Origin: an uncultured SAR86 cluster bacterium
Lineage (GTDB): Bacteria > Pseudomonadota > Gammaproteobacteria > Magnimaribacterales > D2472
Length of the DNA stretch: 64,000 nucleotides
Direction of reading: 5' to 3'
Assembly: GCA_902596165.1 (NCBI GenBank)
Contig: CACJSU010000002.1
Span: forward strand, 23,245 to 87,244
How positions within the stretch are numbered: position 1 is the first letter of the stretch; each line of letters begins with the position of its first letter. The notes below the pieces were generated by a model. The model was given only the letters and a program-made list of their open reading frames with translations. It was not told the origin of the DNA and did no database searches. The translations under genes and the position numbers were made by a program. Below, piece after piece: positions 1 through 10,562 of the stretch.

Positions 1-441
1 TAATAGACAGCCAGAGGTAGATTTATCTATACGATGGCAAAGGTCAATTTCTAGCTTAGGAAAGGAGGCTCTGGCAATATCAATCAAGCCAAATTGATTA
101 TTTGTTCCAGAATGAACGCTTAGTTCAGGATCTTTATTAACAATAATATAGTCGTCATTTTGATGAATAATTGATAAATTGAATTCCTTAACTCTTGAAT
201 GTGGAATCTTTAAATCAGATCCATCATTTTTAAAATCAATTAAATATGGTGGGATTCTTATTTCGTCATTAAGCTGCAATTTGTAGGTCGGTTTTATTCG
301 ACCAGAGTTAATTCTAATCTCGCCCTTGCGGATCATGCTATAAATTTTTGACTTAGGAAGTGATCTATAAATATTAAATAAATAATTATCAACACGCCTT
401 CCTACGTTACCCTCATCTATTTTTAGGTTTTTGACGCTCAT
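1..441 (-). CDS. rluC: 23S rRNA pseudouridine synthase RluC (truncated by window edge)
   Basis: Manual translation from ATG at 441: MSVKNLKIDEGNVGRRVDNYL..IRKGEIRIN (S4 domain)..VNKDPELSVHSG..CHRIDKSTSGCLL (RluA-family catalytic motif); divergent from rne. Confidence 0.9.
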   Translation of the reverse strand, partial: MSVKNLKIDEGNVGRRVDNYLFNIYRSLPKSKIYSMIRKGEIRINSGRIKPTYKLQLNDEIRIPPYLIDFKNDGSDLKIPHSRVKEFNLSIIHQNDDYIIVNKDPELSVHSGTNNQFGLIDIARASFPKLEIDLCHRIDKSTSGCLL

Positions 442-494
442 TAAGGTAGAATACTTGAAATTGATAGTTTAAGAATTAAAAACTATAAGTATAA

Positions 495-713
495 ATAGCT
501 TATTGCAATGTGTCATAAGCACTAATATAAGAATGCTGCAGTGCAGCATGATAAGAGAAAGTTAAAAATAAAGCACAAAGGTGCTAAAAGAATAAAACAA
601 GTTTTAAAAGCTCCATATAGACTAATGGGGCAAGTTAAAAGAGCTCCAAAGGATAAGACTCTATTAACCCTGTAAGCACTAGTGCTATTCACTTTCTCTG
701 TACCGGAGAAAAA
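495..713 (+). promoter_or_regulatory. Long structured rne 5' leader (putative autoregulatory UTR)
   Basis: Short inverted repeats (GCTTAT..ATAAGC, ATGCTGCA-G-TGCAGCAT 533-549, AGCAC-AAAG-GTGCT, AGCACTAGTGCT) separated by A-rich spacers; one of the longest intergenic regions in the window. Confidence 0.5.
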
Positions 714-2780
714 ATGAAAAGAATTCTAATTAATTGCTCATATTCAGATGAGCTTCGCGTGGCTTTGGTTGACGGAGCTAAACTATTCGACTTAGACAAT
801 GAGTTTAATGCGCAATCCCTATTAAAAGGAAGTATATTCAAAGCAACTGTTTCAAGAGTTGAGACAAGTTTAGATGCAGCTTTTGTTAATTTTGGAAGTG
901 AAAGGCATGGTTTTTTACCACTAAAAGAATTATCCAATGAATACTTTACCAAAGATGCTGATGGGAAAAAGAAATGCTCACTCAAGGAAGGTGATGAGAT
1001 CCTTATTCAAGTTTTAAAAGAAGAACGAGGAACTAAAGGTGCTGCCCTATCAAATCAAATCTCACTTGCAGGGCGATTTATAGTTTTAATTCCAAATTCT
1101 GAAAAATCTGGTGGTGTATCAAGAAGAATATCGGGAGATGAAAGAGATGAGATAAAAAATGCTCTAAATGCACTACAAATTCCAGAAGGCATGAGTGTAA
1201 TTGTCAGAACTGCTGGTCTGGGAAGATCTACTGAAGAATTAAAATGGGATTTAGATTATTTAATGAATCTGTGGAGTCAAATAAAATCAACCGTCACTGA
1301 GGCTCCAAGCCCTAGTTTAATTTATAAAGATGATAAATTAATTTTAAGAGTATTTAGGGATTATTTTAGAGACGATATAGCAGAAATTCTAATAGATGAC
1401 GAAACCGTGCATTCAGAAGCATTGGATTTTGCAAAGTCAGTAATACCAGATCATGCAGATAAAGTTATTTACTATAATGAAGACATTCCTTTATTTAATA
1501 GATATCAGATAGAAAGCCAAATTGAATTAGCTTTTCAAAGAGAAATTTCATTACCCTCAGGTGGATCTATAGTAATAGATCCTACTGAAGCTATGGTCTC
1601 AATAGATGTTAATTCTGCACGCTCAACCAAAGGAAAAGACATAGAATCAACAGCTTTTGCTACAAACATGGAGGCAGCTAAAGAGGTTGCTCGACAACTT
1701 AGATTGAGAGATTTGGGCGGCCTTATTGTTATTGATTTTATTGATATGCAGGATGAAAAACATCAGCAAAAAGTTGAAAACACTTTTAGATCCGCTGTTC
1801 AATCTGACAGAGCTAGAGTACAGATTGCTGGAATATCTAGATTTGGGTTACTTGAGTTGTCCAGACAACGCCTTAGACCCTCTTTAGAGGAGACGTATGA
1901 TATACAACATGTCCAGGTTCGTGGTGCTCGTTCTTTAGGTCAATCAATTTTAAGAATAATTAGTGAAGATGCAGCTAAGGAAAATACGGGTGAAATTCAT
2001 GTATATGTTCCAGCAGATGTATCAAGTTATCTCTTGAATGAAAAAAGAAGAGACATCATTGCTATAGAGAATAGCTATCAAGTAAATATTTTAGTTATAG
2101 CTGATCCATACAAGTCAAGGCCATACTACAAAGTTGCAAGAGTTAAAGCTGCCGCTGGAAAAAAACAATTTTCATATGATATGACTCCAAGCAGCCCAGA
2201 ACCATCTATGGATTGGCGTGATTCCAATTCAAATAAAAAATCATTAAAGCCTTTGGTTAAAGTTTCGGTCCCTCCTAGAATGCCAAAGAAAAAAAAGAAA
2301 AACGGCTTATTTGCATTTCTCAAATCTGTTATAACTCTCTCTTTTTTTAAATCTAAAAAGAAAAAGGCATCTAAAAATAAAAGATCAAGAAATTATAAAA
2401 AAGGTCAAACTAGGACCAATAGAAATACTAGAAATAATAAAAACCAAAACAATCGGGGTAGAAAACAAAATAACAAAACTAATGACAATAATTCCAGAAA
2501 ACATCAGCCAAAAAAATCTTCAAAACCAGTTGTAATACCTCCGAAAAAAAATATACAAGCAGAAAAAAAAGAGTCTAAAACAAATAAAACTAACACTGCT
2601 AATAGGGATAAAGATGGTAATAAATCAAATGTTGAAGTTTCAACATCTGCCTTGCCAGCACAAGCTCCTGCGCCTACGCCAGCACCAACTCCTGCGCCTA
2701 CGCCAGCACCAACTCCTGCGCCTACGCCAGCACCTAAACCTACTAGAGCTTTGAACGACCCTCGATATAAGAGCGAATAA
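714..2780 (+). CDS. rne: Ribonuclease E
   Basis: S1 domain (AAFVNFGSERHGFLPL), IDVNS and GGLIVIDFIDM catalytic motifs, amphipathic membrane helix (GLFAFLKSVITLSFF), disordered basic C-terminal region. Confidence 0.97.
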   Translation: MKRILINCSYSDELRVALVDGAKLFDLDNEFNAQSLLKGSIFKATVSRVETSLDAAFVNFGSERHGFLPLKELSNEYFTKDADGKKKCSLKEGDEILIQVLKEERGTKGAALSNQISLAGRFIVLIPNSEKSGGVSRRISGDERDEIKNALNALQIPEGMSVIVRTAGLGRSTEELKWDLDYLMNLWSQIKSTVTEAPSPSLIYKDDKLILRVFRDYFRDDIAEILIDDETVHSEALDFAKSVIPDHADKVIYYNEDIPLFNRYQIESQIELAFQREISLPSGGSIVIDPTEAMVSIDVNSARSTKGKDIESTAFATNMEAAKEVARQLRLRDLGGLIVIDFIDMQDEKHQQKVENTFRSAVQSDRARVQIAGISRFGLLELSRQRLRPSLEETYDIQHVQVRGARSLGQSILRIISEDAAKENTGEIHVYVPADVSSYLLNEKRRDIIAIENSYQVNILVIADPYKSRPYYKVARVKAAAGKKQFSYDMTPSSPEPSMDWRDSNSNKKSLKPLVKVSVPPRMPKKKKKNGLFAFLKSVITLSFFKSKKKKASKNKRSRNYKKGQTRTNRNTRNNKNQNNRGRKQNNKTNDNNSRKHQPKKSSKPVVIPPKKNIQAEKKESKTNKTNTANRDKDGNKSNVEVSTSALPAQAPAPTPAPTPAPTPAPTPAPTPAPKPTRALNDPRYKSE
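2665..2734 (+). repeat. 24-bp tandem repeat (~3 copies) encoding (PAPT)n in the RNase E tail
   Basis: CTCCTGCGCCTACGCCAGCACCAA at 2665 and 2689, partial copy at 2713. Confidence 0.95.
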
Positions 2781-3570
2781 GCTGACCAGAAATTGATGCA
2801 TCAGGTGGGATAATTGGTAATTCATTTACATTAAACCACTTGGCATCTTCAAGCTCATTATCGTTTAAGAGTATTTTTCCAGATTTGTATTTGCAAAAAT
2901 AGCCCAGCATTAACTGAGCTGGAAATGGCCATGACTGTGACGAGTAATATTCAATATCTGTAACATCAACATTCACCTCCTCTTTTACTTCACGAATTAA
3001 TGCTTCTTCAGCATTTTCACCAGCTTCAATAAAGCCAGCAAGGGTGCTATACATATTTGATGGAAAGAATTTACTTCTTCCTAACAATATACGCTCCTCA
3101 TCATGTATTAAAGTGATAATGCACGGAGATATGACAGGGTATTTTGGACTAGAATTACACTTGCACTCAAATGCACCCTCATTTTCATTGTAGAAATTGG
3201 TTTTTCCACAAATACTACAAAAGCCATTAGTGCTAATCCATGTTTGAAGTATCGATGCGCGTGAGGCTAGCAAGAAACTTGATTGATCAAGGAAACCTAA
3301 TATTTGCCTTAAATCAACAAAGTTTATAGATTTAGGATCCATAAATAGACCTAGAATATTTTCATCTTTATTGATATTCACTACATAGAAATAGCAATTA
3401 TCGATTAGAGCTATTGATAAAAATGGTTTTGATTGATTTATTAAATTTAAATCTTTTGGAGCAAAACTATAAGAATTTTCGCTTTGATCGTATAAAATCT
3501 TGTTATCGCAAAATATAATTAACTTAGAATCTTCTTTTAACGACTCATGGAGTTCTCTGATTAATTTCAT
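2743..3570 (-). CDS. nudC: NAD(+)/NADH diphosphatase NudC
   Basis: CxxCG zinc site, Nudix box AGFIEAGENAEEALIREVKEEVNV, SQSWPFP signature. Confidence 0.95.
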   Translation of the reverse strand: MKLIRELHESLKEDSKLIIFCDNKILYDQSENSYSFAPKDLNLINQSKPFLSIALIDNCYFYVVNINKDENILGLFMDPKSINFVDLRQILGFLDQSSFLLASRASILQTWISTNGFCSICGKTNFYNENEGAFECKCNSSPKYPVISPCIITLIHDEERILLGRSKFFPSNMYSTLAGFIEAGENAEEALIREVKEEVNVDVTDIEYYSSQSWPFPAQLMLGYFCKYKSGKILLNDNELEDAKWFNVNELPIIPPDASISGQLIRSYIEGRSKL

Positions 3571-3592
3571 GTAAATTACGGTTTAAATAAAT

Positions 3593-5104
3593 ATGATAAA
3601 AAACTTATACAAAATGTTTCTAGGCGATTCACCTGAATGGTACAAAAATACCATCATAGCGTTTTTAATTATTAATCCTATTATTTTATTGCTTTTAAAT
3701 TCAATGAGCTTAAACGGGGGCTTTATTGTTGGCTGGGTGATTTTATTAGAATTTATATTCACCCTCGCCCTCGCACTAAAGTGCTACCCTCTTCAACCTG
3801 GTGGATTAATTGCAATTCAAGCGTTATTTCTGGGATTAACTAACCCCTACTCCCTCCTTCACGAAATAGAACATAACCTTGAAGTTATTTTGTTATTAGT
3901 ATTTATGGTTGCTGGCATTTATTTCATGAAGAATTTGATGTTAACAATTTTCACTAAATTACTTCTTACTGTTGAATCAAAAATAAAATTATCTCTAATG
4001 TTTTGTTTTGTATCAGCTTTTTTATCAGCTTTTCTTGATGCACTAACTGTTACAGCTGTTCTAATAGCTGTTGCGGTAGGTTTTTATAGAATTTTTCATT
4101 TAGCCAGTTCTGGTATGGCATTTTCAGAAACAAATCATGATTATCTCAATGATAGCTCTCTTTCAGATGCGGGTATTGAAGATTTAGAGAGCTTCAAAGC
4201 GTTTCTTAGAGATTTAATCATGCATGGTGTTGTTGGAACAGCGCTAGGAGGCGTTTGCACAATTGTTGGAGAACCTCAAAACCTACTTATAGCAAATGTT
4301 GCTGGCTGGGAATTTATTGAGTTCATGATCAAAATGGCTCCTATCACCGTACCAGTTTTTATTGCAGGAATGATTACTTGCTTTGCAATTGAACAATTAG
4401 GTATTTGCGGCTTTGGAAATCAACTACCTCCTAGAATTAAAAATATCTTCCATGAGTACAATGCATATGAAATATCTCAAAGCACCGATGAAAGTAAATT
4501 AGAGCTATATATTGAAATGCTGGTTGGCATTTTTCTTATTATTGCTTTGGCGCTTCACTTGGCAGCTGTTGGAATAATTGGCCTAGGAGTGATTATTCTT
4601 TTAACTTCATTTAAAGGCATAACCCATGAGCATGACTTAGGAGATGCATTCAAAGAAGCGCTTCCATTTACAGCATTGTTAGTTGTTTTCTTTGGTGTTG
4701 TAAGTGTGATAGCAGATCAACAGCTCTTTACTCCTGTTATTTCTTATGTACTGTCAAAAGATGCTAGCATTCAAGCTCCAATATTCTTTGTAGCCAATGG
4801 TGTCTTATCTGCCATTAGCGATAATGTATTTGTAGCAACTATTTACATAAATGAAATAAAAGATGCTCTTGATATGAATATTATCTCCAGAGAGCAATTT
4901 GATAAGCTTGCAATAGCTATTAATACCGGCACAAATATTCCGAGTATAGCTACCCCCAATGGACAAGCAGCATTTTTATTCTTGTTAACATCTTCCTTGG
5001 CACCACTTATAAATCTGTCTTATATGAGAATGGTTGTGATGGCTCTTCCCTACACAATAGTATTAAGTATTGTTGGATTTGTCGCAGTGGTCATTAACTT
5101 ATAA
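3593..5104 (+). CDS. nhaB: Na+/H+ antiporter NhaB
   Basis: [58 protein letters not shown]. Confidence 0.95.
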   Translation: MIKNLYKMFLGDSPEWYKNTIIAFLIINPIILLLLNSMSLNGGFIVGWVILLEFIFTLALALKCYPLQPGGLIAIQALFLGLTNPYSLLHEIEHNLEVILLLVFMVAGIYFMKNLMLTIFTKLLLTVESKIKLSLMFCFVSAFLSAFLDALTVTAVLIAVAVGFYRIFHLASSGMAFSETNHDYLNDSSLSDAGIEDLESFKAFLRDLIMHGVVGTALGGVCTIVGEPQNLLIANVAGWEFIEFMIKMAPITVPVFIAGMITCFAIEQLGICGFGNQLPPRIKNIFHEYNAYEISQSTDESKLELYIEMLVGIFLIIALALHLAAVGIIGLGVIILLTSFKGITHEHDLGDAFKEALPFTALLVVFFGVVSVIADQQLFTPVISYVLSKDASIQAPIFFVANGVLSAISDNVFVATIYINEIKDALDMNIISREQFDKLAIAINTGTNIPSIATPNGQAAFLFLLTSSLAPLINLSYMRMVVMALPYTIVLSIVGFVAVVINL

Positions 5105-5108
5105 CTAA

Positions 5109-6071
5109 ATGTCTTTAAGTCATAAATTCTGCATTGCTCCAATGATGCAGTGCACAGATATACATGATAGATTCTTATTTCGCCTGATATCCAAAAAAGC
5201 TTTTTTATATACAGAAATGGTTACTACAGGAGCAATAATTCATGGTAAATGCTTGGAACAGCTAAATTTTAACAGAGAAATAGAACATCCTGTTGCGGTT
5301 CAACTTGGGGGATCAGATCCTACTGATCTTGCTATATGCTCAAAAATTTGTTCTTCACTTGGTTATGATGAAATTAATTTAAATATTGGCTGTCCATCTG
5401 AAAGAGTGCAAAAAGGCTCGTTTGGTGCATGCCTTATGCAAGACCCAGAGCTTGTTAAAGATTGCATTGTAGCCATGCAAGAAGCTACCTCTATACCTAT
5501 CACAATTAAATGCAGGATAGGTGTCAATGACAGAGATGATATAAATTTTTTAAATGAATTTGTAGCTAAAATTTTAAACCCAAGCTTAAAAACAATTATA
5601 GTTCATGCAAGAGTGGCTATTCTCACAGGTCTTACTCCTAGACAAAATAGACAAATTCCACCTCTGAAATATGAAAATGTATACCAACTAAAACATGAAT
5701 TTCCTGGATTAGAGGTTGTTATCAATGGAGGAATTAAAGATGTTGATGATTCACTCGAGCATTTAAATAAAGTTGACGGGGTTATGCTGGGACGCAGCCC
5801 CTATGATAATCCTATGATTGTTAGTAATGTAGATTCAAAAATTTTTAATGAGATTGATCTTGGTAAGGACAGGCAAACTGTTTTAAGGGAGTATTTGCAA
5901 TATTGTTTACATCAACTAGATCAAGGTCATCCTCTTTCACGAACGTTGAAGCATATATTTGGCTTAAATCGTGGTTTAAAAAATGCCAAGTCATTCAGAA
6001 AACTAATTCTTGAAACAATCCAAAAGAATAATTTAGAAGTAACTCAGGAAGATTTAATATCTATGGTTTGA
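5109..6071 (+). CDS. dusA: tRNA dihydrouridine synthase DusA
   Basis: IAPMM, QLGGSDP, NLNIGCPSERVQKGSFGACLM, NRQIPPLKY. Confidence 0.93.
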   Translation: MSLSHKFCIAPMMQCTDIHDRFLFRLISKKAFLYTEMVTTGAIIHGKCLEQLNFNREIEHPVAVQLGGSDPTDLAICSKICSSLGYDEINLNIGCPSERVQKGSFGACLMQDPELVKDCIVAMQEATSIPITIKCRIGVNDRDDINFLNEFVAKILNPSLKTIIVHARVAILTGLTPRQNRQIPPLKYENVYQLKHEFPGLEVVINGGIKDVDDSLEHLNKVDGVMLGRSPYDNPMIVSNVDSKIFNEIDLGKDRQTVLREYLQYCLHQLDQGHPLSRTLKHIFGLNRGLKNAKSFRKLILETIQKNNLEVTQEDLISMV

Positions 6072-6078
6072 CCCTGGG

Positions 6079-6783
6079 CTAATCAAGCAAAAAATCATCC
6101 ATATCATCGACGAAATCGTCAGGTTGATCTTCGCCATTACTCGATTCAAAAGCTTGATATTGCATATACGAGTCTCTAATAAAAGAGTATCTATCTCCAA
6201 TGATGAGCGTTTCAACTTCTAAGTATCTTGCTCGCGTTTCTAATGCATCAAGGGCTGTTAATCCAATTCTTACATCTGTTTCTTCAATTGCGAATGTTCC
6301 ACTCAAGACAGAGCTCACGGTTCTTCCAGCCAAGCCTCTGGGCGTAGAAGGTCCATATATTGGGATCATTAAAAATGGACCTGAGCCAACACCCCAAGTT
6401 CCTAAAGTTTGTCCAAAGTCTTCGTCATGTCTTTCAAGACCAAATTTAGACCCAACATCAATAAAGCCTCCGAGGCCTATCGTTGAATTAATTAAAAATC
6501 GAGTAAAATCATTAATTGCTAACAAAGGTCTTCCCTGCAGTAACTGATTAGCGGTATTATCAAGCTCATTTAAGTTTCTAAAAAAATTAGTAATCCCAAC
6601 TTCAATGAAATCAGGAGTTATGGATGTATAAACTTCAGCAGTTGGTTTTGCAAAATTATTATCAAGAAATTCATTAAAAGCCCATACTTTTCGATTATAT
6701 TCTTCAAAAGGATCGTCATTAGCAAGTATGAAATTGCTTAAAAAGAACAGCAAAGCAATTGAGGTAAATCGTCTATAGTTCAT
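6079..6783 (-). CDS. mlaA: MlaA/VacJ family protein
   Basis: DPFEEYNR, RFLINSTIGLGG, EDFGQTLGTWGVGSGPFLMIPIYGPST. Confidence 0.93.
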   Translation of the reverse strand: MNYRRFTSIALLFFLSNFILANDDPFEEYNRKVWAFNEFLDNNFAKPTAEVYTSITPDFIEVGITNFFRNLNELDNTANQLLQGRPLLAINDFTRFLINSTIGLGGFIDVGSKFGLERHDEDFGQTLGTWGVGSGPFLMIPIYGPSTPRGLAGRTVSSVLSGTFAIEETDVRIGLTALDALETRARYLEVETLIIGDRYSFIRDSYMQYQAFESSNGEDQPDDFVDDMDDFLLD

Positions 6784-7499
6784 TGTATTATCTTGAGAAT
6801 TTCATTATAGATTGGCTCAAACAAAATTGATGATTTTTCTGGATTAAAATTACCTATCTCTCTTGTTCTAGGAACAGAACCAAGAACTTTGAGACCAATC
6901 TCATCCTCAAGGTTGATTGCGGTAAATTCATGTATTTTCTTATCAGAACTTGGTGAAATTGAATAAGACATATTATCAATTATTCCAATCATTGGTATTT
7001 TCAACCTATCAAACATAACCTTTGATTTAATAGTATCTTGTACAGCTAGATTACTTTGGGAAGTAACTAGCAATACATGATCTGGCTTGATTTCAGCTGC
7101 TACAGTTAAATATGCGTCACCTGTTCCAGGAGGCATATCTATAAATAAATAATCTAAATCCCCCCATTGAGTTAAGTTTTTTAGCTGCTTAATTGCACCA
7201 CTTAGCATTGGACCCCTCCACATTGCAGCCTTATCGTTATCAAGAATAAAGCCCATACTGTTTAAGGCAATATTATTAACTTGTATAGGTATAAACGATT
7301 TAGTACCGTCAACAGTTTGAACTTCTGGTTTCTGATTTAACACATCGAAAAGTAAGTGTTGGTTAGGTCCATAGATATCCGCATCTAGAATACCAACTTT
7401 GAAGTTTTTTGAAAAAAGAGAGGCTAAGTGCGCGCAAATAGTTGATTTACCAACCCCACCCTTTGCTGAAGCTATAGCAATTATTTGTTTGATGCCCAT
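6780..7499 (-). CDS. apbC: Mrp/ApbC P-loop Fe-S carrier (short, no N-terminal domain)
   Basis: KGGVGKST, DADIYGP, WRGPM, WGDLDYLFIDMPPGTGD; divergent from metG. Confidence 0.85.
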   Translation of the reverse strand: MGIKQIIAIASAKGGVGKSTICAHLASLFSKNFKVGILDADIYGPNQHLLFDVLNQKPEVQTVDGTKSFIPIQVNNIALNSMGFILDNDKAAMWRGPMLSGAIKQLKNLTQWGDLDYLFIDMPPGTGDAYLTVAAEIKPDHVLLVTSQSNLAVQDTIKSKVMFDRLKIPMIGIIDNMSYSISPSSDKKIHEFTAINLEDEIGLKVLGSVPRTREIGNFNPEKSSILFEPIYNEILKIIQ

Positions 7500-7554
7500 T
7501 GATATAATTTTTTGACTTATAATACTCGATTAATACTTAAATTGGTTCTCTGAA

Positions 7555-9516
7555 ATTAACAAATCAAGAAAAATAATCGTTACTAACGCTCTTCCATATG
7601 CAAATGGTGAGATTCATTTGGGTCATATTTTAGAGCACATACAAACAAATATTTGGTCTCGATTTATGAGCTTGACCAATAATGAAGTGCTGACTTTTTG
7701 TGCTGATGATGCTCATGGGGCACCAATTATGATGAAAGCAGATGAATTAGGCATCAAACCCTCGGAATTTATCGATGAAGTTAAAGATGAGCACCAAAAA
7801 TCATTAGCTAAGTTTGGTATTGAATACACAAACTATCATTCAACTCATTCTAAAGAAAATGAGTCCTTGGTTTCAGAAATCTATCTAGATGCAATATCCT
7901 CTGGATATATTTATAAAAAAGAGATTCAGCAATGTTTTGATGAAGAAAAACAAATGTTCTTAGCTGATAGATATATTATTGGTGAATGTCCAAAATGTTC
8001 TGCTAAAAATCAGTATGGAGACGGGTGTGAAGAATGCGGAGCAACATATTCAGCTACAGAGCTCATTAATCCAAAATCATCATTATCTGAAACTGCACCC
8101 ATAACTAAATTTTCCGATCATATATTTTTCGATCTTGAAAAAGCAAAAAATAAACTTATTGGATTTCTAGAAAAATCTTCAATTCAAAAACCAATCCTTG
8201 CTAAGTTATCTGAATGGCTTGATGGAGATTTAAAAAGCTGGGATATATCAAGAGATGCGCCATATTTTGGATTTAAGATACCAGATGAAAAAGAGAAATA
8301 TTTCTATGTTTGGGTTGATGCTCCTATTGGATATATAGCATCGGCAGCTAATTGGGCAAATCAGAATTCTCAATCAATAGAGAACTTGTGGGGCAAAGAT
8401 TCAGATTACGAAATTCACCATTTTATTGGTAAAGATATCACTTATTTTCATGGGTTATTTTGGCCTGCCTTGTTAATGGAATCTAAATATAAGCTTCCTG
8501 AAGCTATTCACGTGCACGGATTTGTAACAATAAACGGTGAAAAAATGTCAAAGTCAAAAGGCACATTCATAACTGCAGATCAATTTGCTGATGTTTGCGA
8601 TCCAGAATTACTCCGATATTACTTTGCAAGTAAATTGAATTCAAAGATCGAAGATTTAGATTTAAATCTTGAGGACTTAGCACAAAAAATTAACTCTGAC
8701 TTAGTTGGAAAATTTTCTAATATTTTTAGCAGATCGGCTCCTTTTATATCAAAAAATAATAACTATTTAAGCAAAGAAATTCATCGAGACCATATAGTAA
8801 AATCTAATAAAAATATAAAAAAGATATTACAAAACTATGAAGATAAAGAATTTTCAAAAGCTATTAAATTAATTATGGAGATAGCTGATAATACTAATAA
8901 ATATATTAATGAACATACACCTTGGAAACTTGATCAAGCCGATGCATTAATAATTGCGACAACCGCTCTTAACGTTTTTAAAAACTTATGTGTGTTACTT
9001 TCACCTGTAATCCCACATCTCTGCAAGCAAATGCTGTCAATGTTAGATATTGATGACCTCAAAATAGAAAATCTTGAAAATGAATTAGTTGATACTAAAA
9101 TAGGTGATTTTCAGCCAATCCTCTCAAGAGTTAAACCCTTAAATATTCAAGATTTTTATAAAAAGGAAGAAGAAATGAAAGAAGATAATGTTATTCAAAT
9201 AGACGATTTTATGAAAGTTGATCTAAGAGTTGCGCAGGTTGAGGAGGCCTCTCATGTTGAAGGTGCAGATAAACTCCTTGCCATTAAATTAAACCTAGGT
9301 GAGCTTGGTACAAAAAATGTATTTGCTGGAATAAAATCAGCTTATGAACCTTCTGATTTAAAAGGAAAATTAGTTGTAATGGTTTACAACTTAGCTCCTA
9401 GAAAAATGAAATTTGGATTATCTGAAGGCATGATTTTAGCTGCAAGTGATTCCGAAGGTGGTATCTTTGTATTGTCGCCAGATTCAGGCGCTCAACCAGG
9501 ACAAAGGATTAAATGA
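7555..9516 (+). CDS. metG: Methionine--tRNA ligase; start placed at the in-frame ATT 7555 (track start 7618 cuts the HIGH motif)
   Basis: Frame reads (I)[23 protein letters not shown] upstream of the track start; CPKC/CEEC knuckles, KMSKS, C-terminal tRNA-binding domain. Confidence 0.95.
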   Translation: MNKSRKIIVTNALPYANGEIHLGHILEHIQTNIWSRFMSLTNNEVLTFCADDAHGAPIMMKADELGIKPSEFIDEVKDEHQKSLAKFGIEYTNYHSTHSKENESLVSEIYLDAISSGYIYKKEIQQCFDEEKQMFLADRYIIGECPKCSAKNQYGDGCEECGATYSATELINPKSSLSETAPITKFSDHIFFDLEKAKNKLIGFLEKSSIQKPILAKLSEWLDGDLKSWDISRDAPYFGFKIPDEKEKYFYVWVDAPIGYIASAANWANQNSQSIENLWGKDSDYEIHHFIGKDITYFHGLFWPALLMESKYKLPEAIHVHGFVTINGEKMSKSKGTFITADQFADVCDPELLRYYFASKLNSKIEDLDLNLEDLAQKINSDLVGKFSNIFSRSAPFISKNNNYLSKEIHRDHIVKSNKNIKKILQNYEDKEFSKAIKLIMEIADNTNKYINEHTPWKLDQADALIIATTALNVFKNLCVLLSPVIPHLCKQMLSMLDIDDLKIENLENELVDTKIGDFQPILSRVKPLNIQDFYKKEEEMKEDNVIQIDDFMKVDLRVAQVEEASHVEGADKLLAIKLNLGELGTKNVFAGIKSAYEPSDLKGKLVVMVYNLAPRKMKFGLSEGMILAASDSEGGIFVLSPDSGAQPGQRIK

Positions 9517-10556
9517 AAATTGAAACAGACATATTGGTAATTGGTGCGGGTCCAGTAGGATTGTTTACAGTATTTGAAGCTGGGTTATTGGGCTTAAAAT
9601 GCACATTAATCGATAACCTCGATAAAGTAGGCGGTCAATGCTCTGAACTTTATCCTGAAAAACCAATTTATGATATTCCTGGTGTACCAAGCCAAACAGC
9701 TCAAGAGCATGTGGATGCGCTTATGGAGCAAATCAAACCATTTGAATACGATCTTCATCTTTCACAAAGGGTTGAATCAATAGAAGCTCATTCTGTCACT
9801 GATAACATCACAACTTGGTTGATAAAAAGCAATGAAGGACTTGAGTGCATAACCAAAAATATTTTTATAGCAGCAGGTGCTGGTTCATTTGAGCCCCGAA
9901 GACCTCCAAACATAGAAGATCCTGATAAATACTTAAATAAAGGTATCAGTTATGCAGTCAAATCCAAAGATCTCTACAAAGATAAGAATTTATTTATTTT
10001 TGGTGGTGGTGACTCTGCCTTAGATTGGACAGTTGAATTGGCGAAAATAGCTAAATCAGTAAATTTGATTCATCGAAGAGATCAATTCAGAGGTGCCCAA
10101 CACACCGAAGCGCAAATGAGGGATTTAGTAAAAGCTGGTGATGTTAATTTACTAACACCCTTCCAAATTGAAGAAATTCTTGGTGAAGAAAAGGTTTCAG
10201 GGGTAAAGTTAAAAAACTTCGATACTAAAGAATCTTTCACCCATGATGCTGATGAGTTGTTATTTTTATTTGGTCTTAATAAAAAATTAGGTCCAATTCT
10301 TGAGTGGGAGCTAGAGCTCGAGTCTAAAAAGATTTCAGTTAACACTGAGGACTTTCAAACCAATCGGGATGGTATTTTTGCAGTTGGAGATATCAATGAC
10401 TACCCTGGTAAACTTGACTTAATTTTATGCGGTTTTCATGAAACAACTCTTGCAGTGCAAAAAGCTTATCAAAGAAATTTTCCTGGAGAAAGAGTTCCCT
10501 TTGGATATACAACATCAAATACAAAACTTCAAAGGAAGCTTGGGGTTGTGGATTAA
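9513..10556 (+). CDS. Ferredoxin--NADP+ reductase, TrxR-like type
   Basis: [36 protein letters not shown], no Cxx[10 protein letters not shown]. Confidence 0.88.
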   Translation: MKIETDILVIGAGPVGLFTVFEAGLLGLKCTLIDNLDKVGGQCSELYPEKPIYDIPGVPSQTAQEHVDALMEQIKPFEYDLHLSQRVESIEAHSVTDNITTWLIKSNEGLECITKNIFIAAGAGSFEPRRPPNIEDPDKYLNKGISYAVKSKDLYKDKNLFIFGGGDSALDWTVELAKIAKSVNLIHRRDQFRGAQHTEAQMRDLVKAGDVNLLTPFQIEEILGEEKVSGVKLKNFDTKESFTHDADELLFLFGLNKKLGPILEWELELESKKISVNTEDFQTNRDGIFAVGDINDYPGKLDLILCGFHETTLAVQKAYQRNFPGERVPFGYTTSNTKLQRKLGVVD

Positions 10557-10562
10557 TTCTAA

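Noticed and set aside
2665-2734. 24-bp repeat as a possible CRISPR array
   Set aside because: Direct tandem copies with no spacers, in frame inside rne, no cas genes
2640-2825. Minus-strand ORF with CWRRRRSW repeats
   Set aside because: Antisense shadow of the PAPT repeat in rne
7618-7620. ORF-track TTG start for metG
   Set aside because: Would delete the first strand of the Rossmann fold and half of the HIGH motif
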